The position numbers and the translations under genes were made by a program. A stretch of DNA of 64,000 bases from the human T2T-CHM13v2.0 reference genome, Homo sapiens: the NCBI RefSeq assembly GCF_009914755.1, contig NC_060946.1; one strand, given 5' to 3'. The notes below the pieces were generated by a model. The model had not been told where the DNA came from, did no database searches, and saw nothing but the letters and a program-made list of their open reading frames with translations. Below are positions 14,097 to 26,588 of the stretch, piece by piece. How positions within the stretch are numbered: position 1 is the stretch's first letter; each line of letters opens with the position of its first letter.

Positions 14097-15431
14097 CAAG
14101 GAAATGAATTCTGCCAAACAGAAGGGCCTTTGGTCTTTGGGGCACTACAGTGGGTACATGATGGCGTGTGGAACACCACGCAATGGAGGGAGACGCAGGG
14201 CACTCCTGGGAAAATCCAGGAGGGATGAGGGAAGAGGAAAGACAGTGAGGGAAAGGAGGATAAAGAACACACTTTTAAAAAATCGTTCATTATTATCTGA
14301 AATTCCAACACAACTGAACGTCCTGTATTTTTCCCTAGTCATGAGAGTGAAAAACTAAATAGAGACTGAGTTCCCCATACAAATAACTGAGAGTGATCGA
14401 GAGCTTATTCCTGGCAGGCCCCATTCGAGTGACCTCTAAGATCAATTCATTTAGATACTATGGAAGTGGAAGATACTATCTTTATCATTTTTGTCATTGA
14501 GGAAACTAAGGCACAGAGATGTCATACAACTTGCCCCAGGTCTGCCAGCAGGTAAGGGGCAGAGCCAAGATTTGAACTGTAGCCCTGTGTCTCAGAGCCT
14601 GCCCTCAAAAGGTAAGTCTCTCACCTAAAGATCCATACGGAGATGTAAGATGATCCATGTTGGTTGGCAAGACAGAAAAATCCATAAACCAAATAAATTG
14701 ATTTGGTGGCAGGGGGAGATTGAATCAGAGGTGACCCTGAAAAGTGTCTGTTTATCTGGGAGCTGAACACTGAAGGTGCAATTCTCACCCATTGGAGTCC
14801 AGAGAGACCTTCCCTGGAGGACTGCAGCTCCCTCATCTGTCTTCCCCTGAGAACCCAGCCCAGAGCCATGCATGTAGTAGGTGATCATTGAGGTGAGCAA
14901 GGCCTGCAGGAGGCTGTCCCTAAGATGGAGGAGAACAAAAAACTTATTAGGGGGATGAAAGGGAGGGCAGGAAGCAGAAGTGGGCTAGGGAAGCCATTGG
15001 CCATCCAGAGTTGACATTTGTCCCCCCATGGGGAACTTGGGGGATGAATTGCCTGTTGGAAGAGCCCATGTTGGGTGGAAATGGCCAGTCCCGGAGCCCT
15101 TCATGGTGGGGAACCCTGAGAACACACTACATAAGGAAGGAGCAGGGCTGGAGACCATCAGCAGCTTGGGCCTCACAAGCATTTCACGTGTTTAATTGAT
15201 CACACAGAACCCTTGCACCAAGACAATCGTTTGCTCCTAGAGGGAGCCTTTCCTTCGTTTGGAAACAATCCTTTCCCAACCCCAACAAGGCAACCTGCAT
15301 CCGGTGGTGCTCAATCAATAGAAGCTGGGCAGCCCGGGTGCAGGGTCAGTGTGCCCAAAGCATTGAAATGCGGTGATTTGGGCCATGGGTCATGCTGGGT
15401 GTCCTGAGCAGGGGTAACTTCATCTACCCAG

Positions 15432-16507
15432 TGACGCAGGTAGCAACTCTCTGGGTCTGGTGGCACAGGAGGTAAAGGAATTTACCAAGCCAGTTGTAGG
15501 TAAAGAAAGGCAGATTTATTAGAGAAGGTATGAAAATACGTTGCAAGGTCGCAATTACAATGAGCAGAGAAGGGGCTGTCTGCAAAGAGGCAGTGGCTGA
15601 AGGGAAGTTTCATAGAGTCACGTTGAAGAGGGCTACATGCAGAACAAGCAGAACGAGGTTGTTGTGCCTGGTTGTTTGTGATTAGCTGTCTCTGAGAATA
15701 ATTGATGACTTTTCTCCCCACTTGGGGCCCTCCCCAACCTGGGGCCTCTTCCTCATTGTTGCTTATTTATCAGGACTCCACCAGGGACAGAGTCACCCTA
15801 CAAGTCCTAACTCAAGTGTGGGTTCTTCTTAGAACACAGCCCCTCCAGCTCCCTTGGAAATCCCCAAGTCTTCCCAAACGATGTAGGACTTTTCTTCTTG
15901 GTCACTTTGCAAGCCGGGGCCCCCAGTCAGTGATGCCTTGCCCAGGTCTCACTCGGCCACGCTATCGCGTATAACTTGTATAACTTGTACCCATGTTCAG
16001 TGGTTCCTGAGCCCTTGTACCTCGCCCAAGAAGAATGAAGATATACTGGACATTGGAGGGTGAGGAGGGCTGAGAATAATTTTATTGAGTGATGAAAATG
16101 GCTTTCCGTGGAAAGGGGATTCAGGGGTGGGAGGTGGGGTGTAGGGGGAGGTTTTGCCACGTGGCTCGGTCTGGGGCCCTTTATGGATTCAAAATGAGGA
16201 GTGTATGCTGATTGGTTTGTGAGTATGCAAAAAAGGTTAAAGTGACAACACCACTCAAAGCTGTGCACAATGGTGTAAGAAAACCAATTAGGAAAGGGTA
16301 GGGAGGTATATGTAAAATAGGTGAAGGGTGAGGACTAATCAGAGGTAAGCATGCCAAACAGAAAGACAAGTTCTCAATCCAGTCCAGTCGGATGATTTAA
16401 CTTGTAGCTTGGCTTTCAGGCTTTAAACTGTCTTTGGCTTGGAGGTGGGGTTTCACGGAGGACCTGCCCCATCTGCATAGGCATTTGTCCACCTCCTGCT
16501 TCTATCA
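15432..16507 (-). mobile_element. Cluster of ERV1-type LTR remnants
   Basis: LTR-like composition, reverse-oriented poly(A) signals (tttatt), tgtagg...tctatca boundaries; families not assigned. Confidence 0.5.
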
Positions 16508-16684
16508 CAGAGCATGTCTCAGCCTCTCTGTCCTGCCACTCAACTTTGTCCCCCTGCCTTTATTACCCATCTTGTAATTCCTGGCTCACAGCTTTGTGTT
16601 CCAACTAGACTGAGAGCTCCCTGAGCCCAGCTACTGCCAGGCTCACTTCAGGCTTCAATGCCCAGCTCAGACGCAGTGCATCTG

Positions 16685-16687
<3 letters not shown>

Positions 16688-16725
<38 letters not shown>
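16688..16725. repeat. (GT)19 microsatellite
   Basis: Direct reading. Confidence 0.97.
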
Positions 16726-16727
<2 letters not shown>

Positions 16728-16784
16728 AAAGTGTTTCTTGCTGGCTGGTTCTGGAAATTTGTCATTCTCTGTCCTCTATCTTCC

Positions 16785-17209
16785 TGTTAAAAACTTCAGC
16801 TGAATTAAATTTAAAGGAGTTTAATTGAGCAATAAACAATTCGTGAATTGGGCAGCCCCCAGAATCACAGCAGATTCAGAAAGACTCCAGGGGTGCCTCA
16901 TGGGCAGAACAAATTTATAGACAAAAAAAAAAGTGACATACAGAAATCAGAACTGAGGTACAGAAACAGCTGGATTGGTTACAGATTGGCGATTGCCTTA
17001 TTTGAACACAGTTTGAACGCTCAGCAGCGTATGAGTTGTTGAAGTTTATCTGCTGGGATTGGCCAAAACTCAGTGATTGTTACAGACGCATACTCCTAAG
17101 TTAGGTTTTCAATCCTGTCTACCTATTAAGTTAGGTTGTAGTTCATCCACAAGGACTCAAATATGGAAGTACAGAGTCCTTCTCAGGCCATATTTAGTTT
17201 GCTTTGACA
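16785..17209 (-). mobile_element. MER57-like ERV1 LTR
   Basis: tgttaaaaacttcagctgaattaaatttaaaggagtttaattgagc...gctttgaca matches the recalled MER57 consensus. Confidence 0.7.
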
Positions 17210-18388
17210 TCCCCATTGAGATGACTCAACTATTCGGCTAAGGGCTGTAGACAGTGAAGAAATGTGACTAATTGCTGGATACTGTAGTATATTGAGTGTG
17301 CAAGAGCATTATATCTAAAAAACAATGTACATACTGCAATTTAAAATGCTTTGCTGCTTAAAAAAAATAATGCTAACAGTCATGTGAGCCTTCAAGTTGT
17401 CATCTTTTTGCTGCTGGGGGTTCTTGCCATGATGTTGATAGCTGCTGACTGAGCGGAGTGGTGGTTGTTGAAGGCTGGGGTTGTGTTGAAGGCTGTGGCA
17501 ATTTTGTGATTGGCCACCAATGGAGTTTGCTGCATCAATGGACTCATCCTTTCATGAAATTTTTATTGGTAGCATGCAATGTTATTTGATAGCATTTCTT
17601 TCCAAATTGAAGTTAATCTTCTTAAACCCTGCTGCTGCTTTGTCAACTAAGTTGATTTAATATTCTTCATCCTTTGTTGTTATTTCAACATGTTCACAGC
17701 ATCTTTACCAGGAGTAGATTCTATCTCAAGAAACCACTTTCTTTGCTCCTCTGTAAGAAGCAGCTCCTCACCTGTTCAAGTTTTATCATGAGATTGCAGC
17801 AATTCAGTCACATCTTCAGGCCGTACTTCTAATTCTAGTTTTCTTTCTATTTCCACTACATCTGCAGTTCCTTCCTCCCCTGAAGTCTTGAATCCCTCAA
17901 AGTCATCCATAAGAGTTGTAATTGACATCTTCCAAACCCTGTTAGTGTTGATGTTTTGACCTCCTTCCATGAATCGCAAATGTTCTGAATGATATCTAGA
18001 GTAGTGAACCCTTTCTAGAAGGTTTTCAATTTACTTGGCTCAGATCCATCAGAAGAATCACTGTCTATGACAGCTATAGCCTTAGGAAATGTGTTTCTTA
18101 AATAACAAGTCTTGAAAGCAGGAATTTCTCCTTGATCCAAGGGCTGCATAATAACTGTTATGTTCACAGACATGAAAACGACATTAATCTTGTGTATCTT
18201 CATCAGAGCTCTTGGGTGACCAGGTACATTGGCAATAAGCAGTAATATATTGAAAGAAATATATTTTCTGAGCATTATATCTCAACAGTGAACTTAAAAT
18301 ATTCCTAAACCATGCTGTAAACAGATGTGCTGTCAGCCTTTACTGATCCATTTCCAAAACACAGGCAGAGTAGATTTAGCATAATTTT

Positions 18389-19060
18389 TGTATTAGTCTG
18401 TTTTCATGCTGCTGATAAAGACATACCCAAGTCTGGGCAATTTACAAAAGAAAGAGGTTTAATTGGACTTGCAGTTCCACGTGGCTGGGGAAGCCTCACA
18501 ATCATGGTGGAGGGCAAGGAGGAGCAAGTCCCATCTTACATGGTTGGCAGCAGGCAAAGAGAGAATGAGGAAGGCGCAAAAGCAGAAACCCCTGATAAAA
18601 CCATCAGATCTTGTGAGACTTATTCACTACCAAGAGAATAGTATGGAGGAAACTGTCCCCATGATTCGATTATCTCCCACTAGGTCCCTCCCACAACACA
18701 TGGGAATTATGGGAGTATAATTCAAGATGAGATTTGGGTCGGGACACAGAGCCAAACTGTATCTTTTTTTTTTTTTTTTTTGAGATGGAGTCTCACTCTG
18801 TCACCCAGTGCCACGATCTCGGCTCACTGCAAGCTCCACCTCCTGGGTTCACCCCATTCTCCTGCCTCAGCCTCCCGAGTAGCTGGGACTACAGGTGCCC
18901 ACCACCACGCCCAGCTAATGTTTTGTATTTTTAATAGAGACGGGGTTTCACCGTGTTAGCCAGGATGGTCTCGATCTCCTGAACTCGTGATCCACCTGCC
19001 TCGGCCTCCCAAAGTGCTGGGATGACAGGCGTGAGCCAACGCACCTGGCCAACTGTATCA
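18389..19060 (-). mobile_element. THE1-type MaLR LTR inserted in Tigger1, itself interrupted by an Alu
   Basis: tgtattagtctgttttcatgctgctgataaagacatacc ... agccaaactgtatca. Confidence 0.85.
18764..19050 (-). mobile_element. AluY-like element inside THE1
   Basis: TSD aactgtatc at 18755-18763 and 19051-19059; gcaagctcc and ccgtgttagccaggatggtctcgatc are AluY-type positions. Confidence 0.9.
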
Positions 19061-20079
19061 ATACTTAAGGGGCTTAGGGTTCTTTGGAATTGTAAATGAG
19101 CATTGGTTTCAATTTAAAGTTACCAGTGGCATTAGCCCCTAACGAGAGATTCTGCCTGTGCTTTGAAGCATTGCAGCTTCAAATAAAAGGCATCTTCTTC
19201 CGATAAAAAGGCTATTTTGTCTACATTGAGTATCTGTGTTTAGTGCAGCCACCTTCACTAATCATCCTAGCTGGATATTCTGGATAACTTTGTGTAGCTT
19301 CTCCATCAGCACTTGCTGCTTCACTTTGTTCTTTTATGTTACAGAGATGGTTTCTTTCCTTAAACCTCACGAACTAATCTCTGCTAGCTTCCAACTTTTC
19401 TTTTGCAGCTTCCTCACCTCTCTCAGCCTTCAGGGAATTGAGGAGCATTAAGGCCTTGCTCTGGATGAAGCTTTGGCTTAAGGGAATGTTGTGGCTGGCT
19501 TGGTCTTCTATCCAAACCACTAAAATTTCTCCATATCAGCAATAAGACTGTTTTCTTTTCTCATTCATGAGTTCACTGAAGTAGTATTTTTAAGTTCCTG
19601 CAAGAATTTTTCTTTTGTATTCATAACTTGACTATTTTCCCAAGAGGCCAAGTTTTCAGGCTATCTAGGCTTTCAGTGAAGCTTAATCATTTCTAGCTTT
19701 TGATTTAAAGTAAGAGATGTGTGCAACTCTTCCTTTTACTTGAAAGCTTAGAGGCCATTGTAGGGTTATTAACTGGCCTAATTTATTTATTGTTGGGTCT
19801 CTGGGATGAGGGAGGCTAGATTAGGTGTCTAGTTAGGGCCTGCTTCCTCATAGATGAAGGCTTCTCACTGTAGGGTGAGAGATAAGAGAACGGCCCGTAG
19901 GTGGAGCAGTCAGAGCACACAGAACATTTGTTGATTAAGTTTACTGTCTTCTATGACAGATCATGGCATCCCAAAACAATTGCAGTAATAACATCACAGA
20001 TCTCAGACCACCATGACAGAGACAATAATCATGAAAAAGTTTGAAATATTGCAAGAATTACCAAAAGGTGACACAGAGA

Positions 20080-20686
20080 TGAAACTGCCCCTATAAACTT
20101 TATGAAATGAATCAGGGAAGAAGGAAGGGGGAGAAATAAAAGTCACCCACGCTTGCAGCACATTTGGCCTCCATCATGAGGTCGGCCTGCTCTCCAGCCT
20201 GCGTCCTCACAGCTGTCTGGTGCCTGTCGTACTAAAATCACATAGACCCTGTTACAAGATCACGGTTCCCCTTAACTGCTCCGTAGATAACAACGTGAAC
20301 ATTATAAAATGTTTAGTTTTCCCTGTGAGATAGTCCTTCAGGTCCCATACACTGATGAAACTACTGACCCAGCTGGTCTGAAGGACCCCACAATGGGCTG
20401 ACTCACCAAAGAATGCAGTTTCCATATCGTGATGATTTCATCCCCCCTTCCCCCCGACCAATCAACAACCCCAATTTTCCAATTATGGAGGGAGTCTCTC
20501 ACCCTCTATAATCCCCTTAAAAACCCCAGACCAAAGCTCCTTGGTGAGATAAACGGGAGGGCCTCCTCCCATCTCGTCACTCAGCACTCTGCAATCATTA
20601 AACTTTCTCTGCTGCAAACCCTGCTGTCACTATGTAATGGGTCTGTTACTGCACAGTGGGCATATGAACCCATTGGTCCTATAACA
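20080..20686 (+). mobile_element. ERV1 solo LTR (LTR26-like) inside Tigger1
   Basis: TG...CA ends, 4-bp TSD gaga/gagg; Tigger1 sequence resumes in register afterwards. Confidence 0.8.
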
Positions 20687-21419
20687 GAGGCATGAAGTGA
20701 GCACATGCTGTTGGAAAAATGGTGATGGTAGACTTGCCAAAAGCATGGCTGCCACAAACATTCAATTTGTATAAAACACGGTATCTGCAAAGCACAATAA
20801 AACAAAGTGCAATAAGATGAGGTGTGGCTGTATATTCAAATTAAAATGAGATGTAGTTCTTTTACTCACCACATTGGTAAATATTACTGGGAAAATAACT
20901 GATAATATCCAGAGTGGGAAGTGTGTGGGGGTACAGGTACTCTTGTACTATAAAATACAAGTCTATTTTTTTAATAGACTTTACTTTTTAGAACAGTTTT
21001 AGGTTCTCAGCAAAATTGAGTGGGCGGTTCAGAATGCCCATATAATCCCTGCCCCACACATGCACAGCCTCCCCAACGATCAACAGCCCACACTACAATC
21101 GTCTTAGCCCACTGGGCAGCTATAACCAAAACAACATAGACCAGTGGCTTATAAACAAAAGAATTTATTTCTCACAGTTCTGGAGGCTGGGAAGTTCAAG
21201 ATCAACATGCTGGCAGATTTGGTGTCTGGTTAGGGCCTGCTTCCTCATAGGTGAGGCTTTCTCACTGTAACCTCATATGGCCGAAGGGGCGAGGGAGTCT
21301 CTCAGGTCTCTTTTATAAAAGCACTGATCTCATTCCTAAGGCCTCTGCCCTCATGAACTAATCACCTCCAAAAGGCCCATCTCCTAATCCATCACCTTGT
21401 GGGGTAGGATTTCAACACA

Positions 21420-22127
21420 GATTATTTTGTAATTCATAGACGTGATGATTGGGTGTTCCTATGCATGTGTGAGATGTGCCACCTTCAAACCTTGTTACTG
21501 TAAGAGTTAAAGAAAGAGGAAAGAAGCCAGAAAAGGGGCTCAACAGTCAAAAACAGGTTTATTTTGGAGAATAAACCTGAAAGGGGCTTCTGGCCAATTT
21601 CAGTCAGGAGGATTCTCTATTGCAACTATCAACAGCCTGCACTACAATCGTCTTAGCCCATTGGGCTGCTATAACCAAAATAACATAGACCGGTGGCTCA
21701 TAAACAACAAGAGTATATATTGGTTTTAGAGTGAGAGAGCTTTATCACAGGCTTGGAATGTTTCTGTGTGGGGGAGAAGTTTATGGTGGGGTTGGAATGT
21801 CTCTGGCAGAAGGGGAGGTTATGTTGGGGCTGACATCTCTCTGCCGGGGGGGAAGTTATCTCCGGGCTGGCTTGTCTCTGGTCAGGGAGGGATTTATCTT
21901 ATGGTTGAAATGTTTCTGGTCGGAGATGTCATTTGTGGCTTATGGTCATGCTGACCTTAGTCATTAGGCTGATGACCTTTGGATTTAGGCAATTTTTGAT
22001 CAAGGGGAACTTTAGAATGGCAGTGCTTGTCCAAGATGGTGATGCTTCTGCTCTGTCAGCTACCATGTGGGCATATTACCTATCTGACATGAACTTAGAA
22101 AAAAAGAAACTAAAAAAAAAAGCAAAA
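21420..22127 (+). pseudogene. U13 (SNORD13) snoRNA retropseudogene split by an LTR (5' part 21420-21498, 3' part 22064-22088, then A-rich tail)
   Basis: ttttgtaattcatagacgtgatgattgggtgttcctatgcatgtgtgagatgtgccacc...cttgttac and gtgggcatattacctatctgac match recalled U13; box C GTGATGA at 21442, box D CTGA at 22084; TSD aggatttcaac(a/g)ca at 21406-21419 and 22128-22141. Confidence 0.9.
21499..22058 (-). mobile_element. ERV1 solo LTR (LTR15-like) inside the U13 retrocopy
   Basis: TG...CA ends with TSD gttac/gctac; family name from memory. Confidence 0.8.
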
Positions 22128-23469
22128 AGGATTTCAACGCACTAATTTGAAGGGATATAAACATTCAATCCATGGCAACAGTGGTACATTTGTTACAACT
22201 GATAAACCTATGTTGATACATAATTATCACTCAAGGGCTATAGTTTACATGAATACATCTTGACAGGTATCCAGCATTATAACATGGCACAGAATAGTTT
22301 CACTGCCCTAAAAACCCTCTGTGCTCCACTTTTTCTTCCCTCCCTCACTCTACCCTCTGGCAACCACTGATCCTTTTTCTCTCTCCATAGTTTTGCCTTT
22401 TCCAGAATGTCATGCAGTTGAAATCATACAGTATGTAGCCTATTCAGAGTCACTGTTTTCATTTAGTAATATCCAGCTAAGTTTCCTCCGTGTCCTTTCA
22501 TGGCTGATAGCTCATTTCTTTTCAGTGCTACATAGTATTCCATTGTCTGGGTGTATCATAATTTATTTATCCATTCTCCTACTGAAGGACATCTTTTTTG
22601 CTTCCAAGTTTTGTCGGTTAAGGTTGCTATAAGCATCTATGTGCAGGTTTTTATGTGGATATGTTTTCAACTCATGGGAGTAAATACCAAGGAGTACAAT
22701 TGCTGATCATATGGTTAGAGTATGTTTACTTTTATAAGAAACTGCAAAATTGTCTTCCAAGGTGGCTGTACCATTTTGCATCCCCATCAGCAATGAATGA
22801 GAGTTCTTGCTGCTCCACACCCTGACCAGCATTTGGTGCTGTCCGTGTTCTGGATTTTGGCCATTCTAACCGGTGTGTAGCGGTATCTTTTTGTCGTTTT
22901 AATTTGCAATTCCCTAATGATGCATGATGCTGAGCACCTTTTCATACGCTCTTTTCACATCTGTATGTCTTCTTTGATGAAGTGTCTACTCTGGTCTTTA
23001 ATTGGGTTGTTCATTTTCTCATTGTTTTTTTTTTTTTAATTTTGTTGTAGAGATAGGGTCTCGACTCAGGTGATCCTCCTATCTCAGCCTCCCAAAGTGC
23101 TGGGATTACAGGCATGAGCCACCACACCCGGCCCTTATTGTTGAGTTTTAAGAATTCTTTGAATAATTTGGGTAACAGTCCTTTATCCGAAAGTTATGTC
23201 TTTTGCAAACATGTTCTCCCACTCTTTGTCTTGACTTCTCATTCTCTTGATCATTTTAGTGGGAAGTTGTTTCTTGGACAATATCTAGCAAAATGAAAAA
23301 CGTACACCTTTTGACTTTACTATTATGCTTCTAGAAATACTTGGACCCATACCCAAAACTATAGGTACATAAATATTTGTTGCAACATTGTTTCCTTCTA
23401 GAAATAGAAACCACAGGAGGGCGGTTCACACAGGGGACCAGGCCCCAGCCAAGGCCCCCTGTCCCTCAC

Positions 23470-23660
23470 CATGCTGGGTCAGAGTGACAGTGAGCCAGGT
23501 GCCCAGAGGCCCGTCTGGCTGGAATGAGAAGTAGTCAATGTCACTGATGACAAAACTCTGGTAGGGAATGACACATCTCCTGGGCACACAGTGGGGACAG
23601 GGGCAGGCTGACCAGAGCATGTCATCGCTGAGGTAGCAGGACATGGGCTCCGGAGGGTCT
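23470..23660 (-). pseudogene. CSF2RBP1: CSF2RBP1 exon-4 homologue, 191 nt, open frame
   Basis: cagcag| acceptor and ATG|gtgagg donor; [63 protein letters not shown] versus recalled parent [63 protein letters not shown]. Confidence 0.93.
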
Positions 23661-25852
23661 CTGCTGGGAGAGGACACAGCTTAGCCCACTGTGCATGGGG
23701 ATCACTCACTCTGCAAAGGTTCATTGAGTGCTCACCGCTCACTGAAGAAGCCTCCGGGTCTTGGATCGGGATTGGATCTCACTGCTAGTGAGTGGGAAAC
23801 AGTCATGAGCAAAGGCGTTGCAGATTTTGATGAATGCTTTGAAAGGATTCCTGAGGGTCCTCGGTTGTGAACAGACTGAGGTGGGAATGTGGCAATGTTG
23901 CAAGCAGGAAACCCTGTTAGGAAGCTTCTGGAATATCCAGGGGACAGGAAGTGGTGTGCACCAGGGCAGTGGGGCTGTTGTGGGTGAATTTGCGTTCTGC
24001 TTGAGATAAGGTTAGCGGCATTCTTTGGTGGATCGGATGCTGCAGTCGGAAAGGAATGGTGGCAAAAGAGACTTAAAAACAAAACAAAATCCTCCCTGTT
24101 GTTTAGTTTGAGCCACTAGGAGCTCCCATTTAGCAAAGGGAGATGGGGAAGACAGAGGCAGCAGAGCCACTCGGGTGAGAGGGGGACTTTGGTTGAGGAC
24201 CTTTGTAGTCGGAGATGCCTGTTGTCTAAGTGACAGGTGGAGACGCCAGTGCGCCTGGAGGGCTGGAGCTTAGGGGAAGTGTGGGCTCAAGGTCGCCTTT
24301 GGGAGATGCCCTCATGGCTGGAGGTGGTCTCTGCAGAGTGGATACAGCAGAGAGGAGGTCCATGGACTGGGCCTGGGGCGTTTCACCCTTGGCAGCCGAG
24401 AGAACAAAGAGGCAGCAGACAAGGAGAAAGAGGAGGATGGGCAGGGCCCTGGGGGTGCTGGGTGAGCTGTGGGCAGAGTCAGGTGCAGGAGGAACTGCAG
24501 GGAGGCCGCGGTGGTCCTCCTTGTCAGGGGCTGCCCCTGGTCAAGTAGGAAGAAGGCGGAGGCCCAACCATGAGATTCTGCTCCTGGGATGTTTGCTGAC
24601 TTGAACCAGAGCAGTTTGGGTGGCCTGATGGGGGCAACATCCTGGGGAAGTGGGCTCAGGAAGAAATGGCTGGAAAGACACTGGACATGATGAGCGTGGA
24701 CAACTCTTTATGGGGTTGCTGCTGTCAAGGGAAGCAGAGAAAGGGGGACCGCAGGGTTGTGAGCTCAGGAGATGCCCAGGCGCTGCACTCCTGTGGGCAT
24801 CTGTGAGGGGGTTGGGGCAGGTTTGCAAGGCGATTGGGAAAGATCCTGGGAGAGGGCACGGTGGGTGACACAGGGAAGAGTGGGGACTTGGGGGCCGTGA
24901 TGTTCCTGAGCAACAGGGCCAGACTGCATCGGGTCTCTAGCCTTAGACAGGAGCCCCAGCCCAGAACCAGGCCCAGGCCCAGGCCCCAGTGGTGGGCAGA
25001 GGGGGTGGGGAGTGTGAGTGTGGGGTGGGTGGGGAGCTTCTCCCTGGTCCCCTGTTATGTCAGAGCAACAGGAAGCAGATCACAGGGAGGGGCAGGATGG
25101 TATTTGAGGAGAATGGAGAAGGTCTGATGGAGCTCCCCAGGAGAACTGAAGGTGGTGGAGGGGTGGGGGGTGGCAGAGCTGGGGCCCCCTCCCCCTCTAG
25201 GTGGGGAGACCTCCAATCAGTTGTCACCTGCCTCTCTGGTTCCAGTGGCTTAATTATTTCATTTAAGGCTGATTCAGACCCTGGCCAACACCGCAGAGCA
25301 ATGCCGGTCCCCTTCCTGTGTGGTTCGTGCCCAGGAGAGCTCGGGTGGGAGAGGTGGCAGCCCACATGCAGAGGAGGAGCCTGGGAGAGCATGGAGCCCC
25401 CTCCCAAACACGTCCACACGGCCTGTTCTGCCACTCCCCATCTGTGGCCAGGGCTGGCGCCTCACCTCCAGGGCCTCAGTTTCCCCATCTGTGAACTGGG
25501 CGTCGTGGCCTGGCCCTGCCCACCTCGCAGTGAGGAGGAACTAAGATAGGTCATGTGGGGCAACTGTGTTAAATTGTGACAAAATAAGAGAAGATTGTCA
25601 CCATTGTTACCAGCACCATCCTCAACGACATCAGTGTAGAACGTGCTCCCCAGAAACCCCAGATCAGACAGTAGTGCCTGGCAGGTGCCTGGCTGAGCAG
25701 GAGCTCCCGGGAGGGCCTCCGTCCTCCTCTGTCCTCTGTCTACTCCCACCCCGAGGCTGACCTGACACATCCCTCTCTACACCACCATCCCACGCCAGGC
25801 AGAGGGGACACCGTAGCCCCTACCCGTGGCCCCTGCACCCAACGTCACAGAC

Positions 25853-25976
25853 TCATTCACCCGGCGAATGAGGGTCACGTTGACGAGCCGCTGGGCATCC
25901 TGGGTGTCTGCCCACCCGCAGGTGATGTGGCTGGTATAGTCACTGTAGCAGCGCAGGGTCTGCAGCAGGACGGTTT
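25853..25976 (-). pseudogene. CSF2RBP1: CSF2RBP1 exon-3 homologue, 124 nt, open frame, weak donor
   Basis: ttgtcag|AA acceptor and TGA|gtctgt donor; [42 protein letters not shown]. Confidence 0.93.
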
Positions 25977-26588
25977 CTGACAAGAGGGGCAGGAAGGGGT
26001 CACCTCTCTCCCCTGCAGGGTCCCTTATCACCACCACCCCCAGCTGATCTGGGGCAGAGGTGCCCTGGGTTGGGAAGGGGGTCTGCCAGGGTGAGCTTCT
26101 GCCTGTGGACCCTCCTCTCCTGACAGAAGCACCGTGCAATCCCTGCAGAATGGAGACACGCAGCAGCGGCAGGCCCTGCCCCCCAGACCCCCAGGCATCA
26201 ACCCAGCCTTGAGATGAACCCCAAGCCAGGACGCTGCTGGAGCAAAGGTCTGGAGGTGGAACCACTGAGGTGCAGCGAGTGTCTGCTGGGGAAGGAGGAG
26301 AAGGGAAACGGTCAGAGCAGCCACCCTGGAGCCTGGGGGCCTGGAGTGCCGTGCTGAGAAATATGGGCTGGGAAGCCAGACACACTCAGCTGGACTTTCC
26401 AGGACAGGATGAGCAGGAATGTGCAGGAGGAGGGAAGTGAAGGAAGCCCAGGGAAGGCCGGGGAAGAGACGAAGCAAGGGGAGCAGGAGGAGGGTGGGTG
26501 GGCAGGGTCCTGGGGGTATGGTGCGGGCCTCCTCCAGGGTGCAGCAGTGAGGAGGGGGCAGGGAAGGGGTGGGAGCCACGGAACTCAC

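Larger units (their letters stand above)
17279..20830 (-). mobile_element. Tigger1 DNA transposon (decayed pogo-like DDE transposase), 3'-truncated and interrupted by THE1/Alu and an LTR
   Basis: ORF 18015..18275 ([14 protein letters not shown]...QPLDQG..FK.CYLRNTF) and ORF 17776..17979 are Tigger1-like; 5' terminus cagccacacctcatcttattgcac at 20830 with flanking TA. Confidence 0.9.
21100..22177 (-). mobile_element. MLT1A-like MaLR LTR inserted in L1
   Basis: atttatttctcacagttctggaggctgggaagttcaagatcaa; 5-bp TSD acaat/acagt. Confidence 0.8.
20966..23255 (-). mobile_element. Old L1 (L1MA/MB-type 3' region), interrupted at 21100-22177
   Basis: T-rich 3' end and typical antisense L1 3'UTR/ORF2 text (aactgcaaaattgtcttccaaggtggctgtaccattttgcatccccatcagcaatg). 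Confidence 0.8.

Noticed and set aside
17776-18275. Tigger1 ORFs as a domesticated TIGD-like gene
   Set aside because: Fragmented by stops, frameshifts and nested insertions; the catalytic Asp appears replaced (LLIANVPGH)
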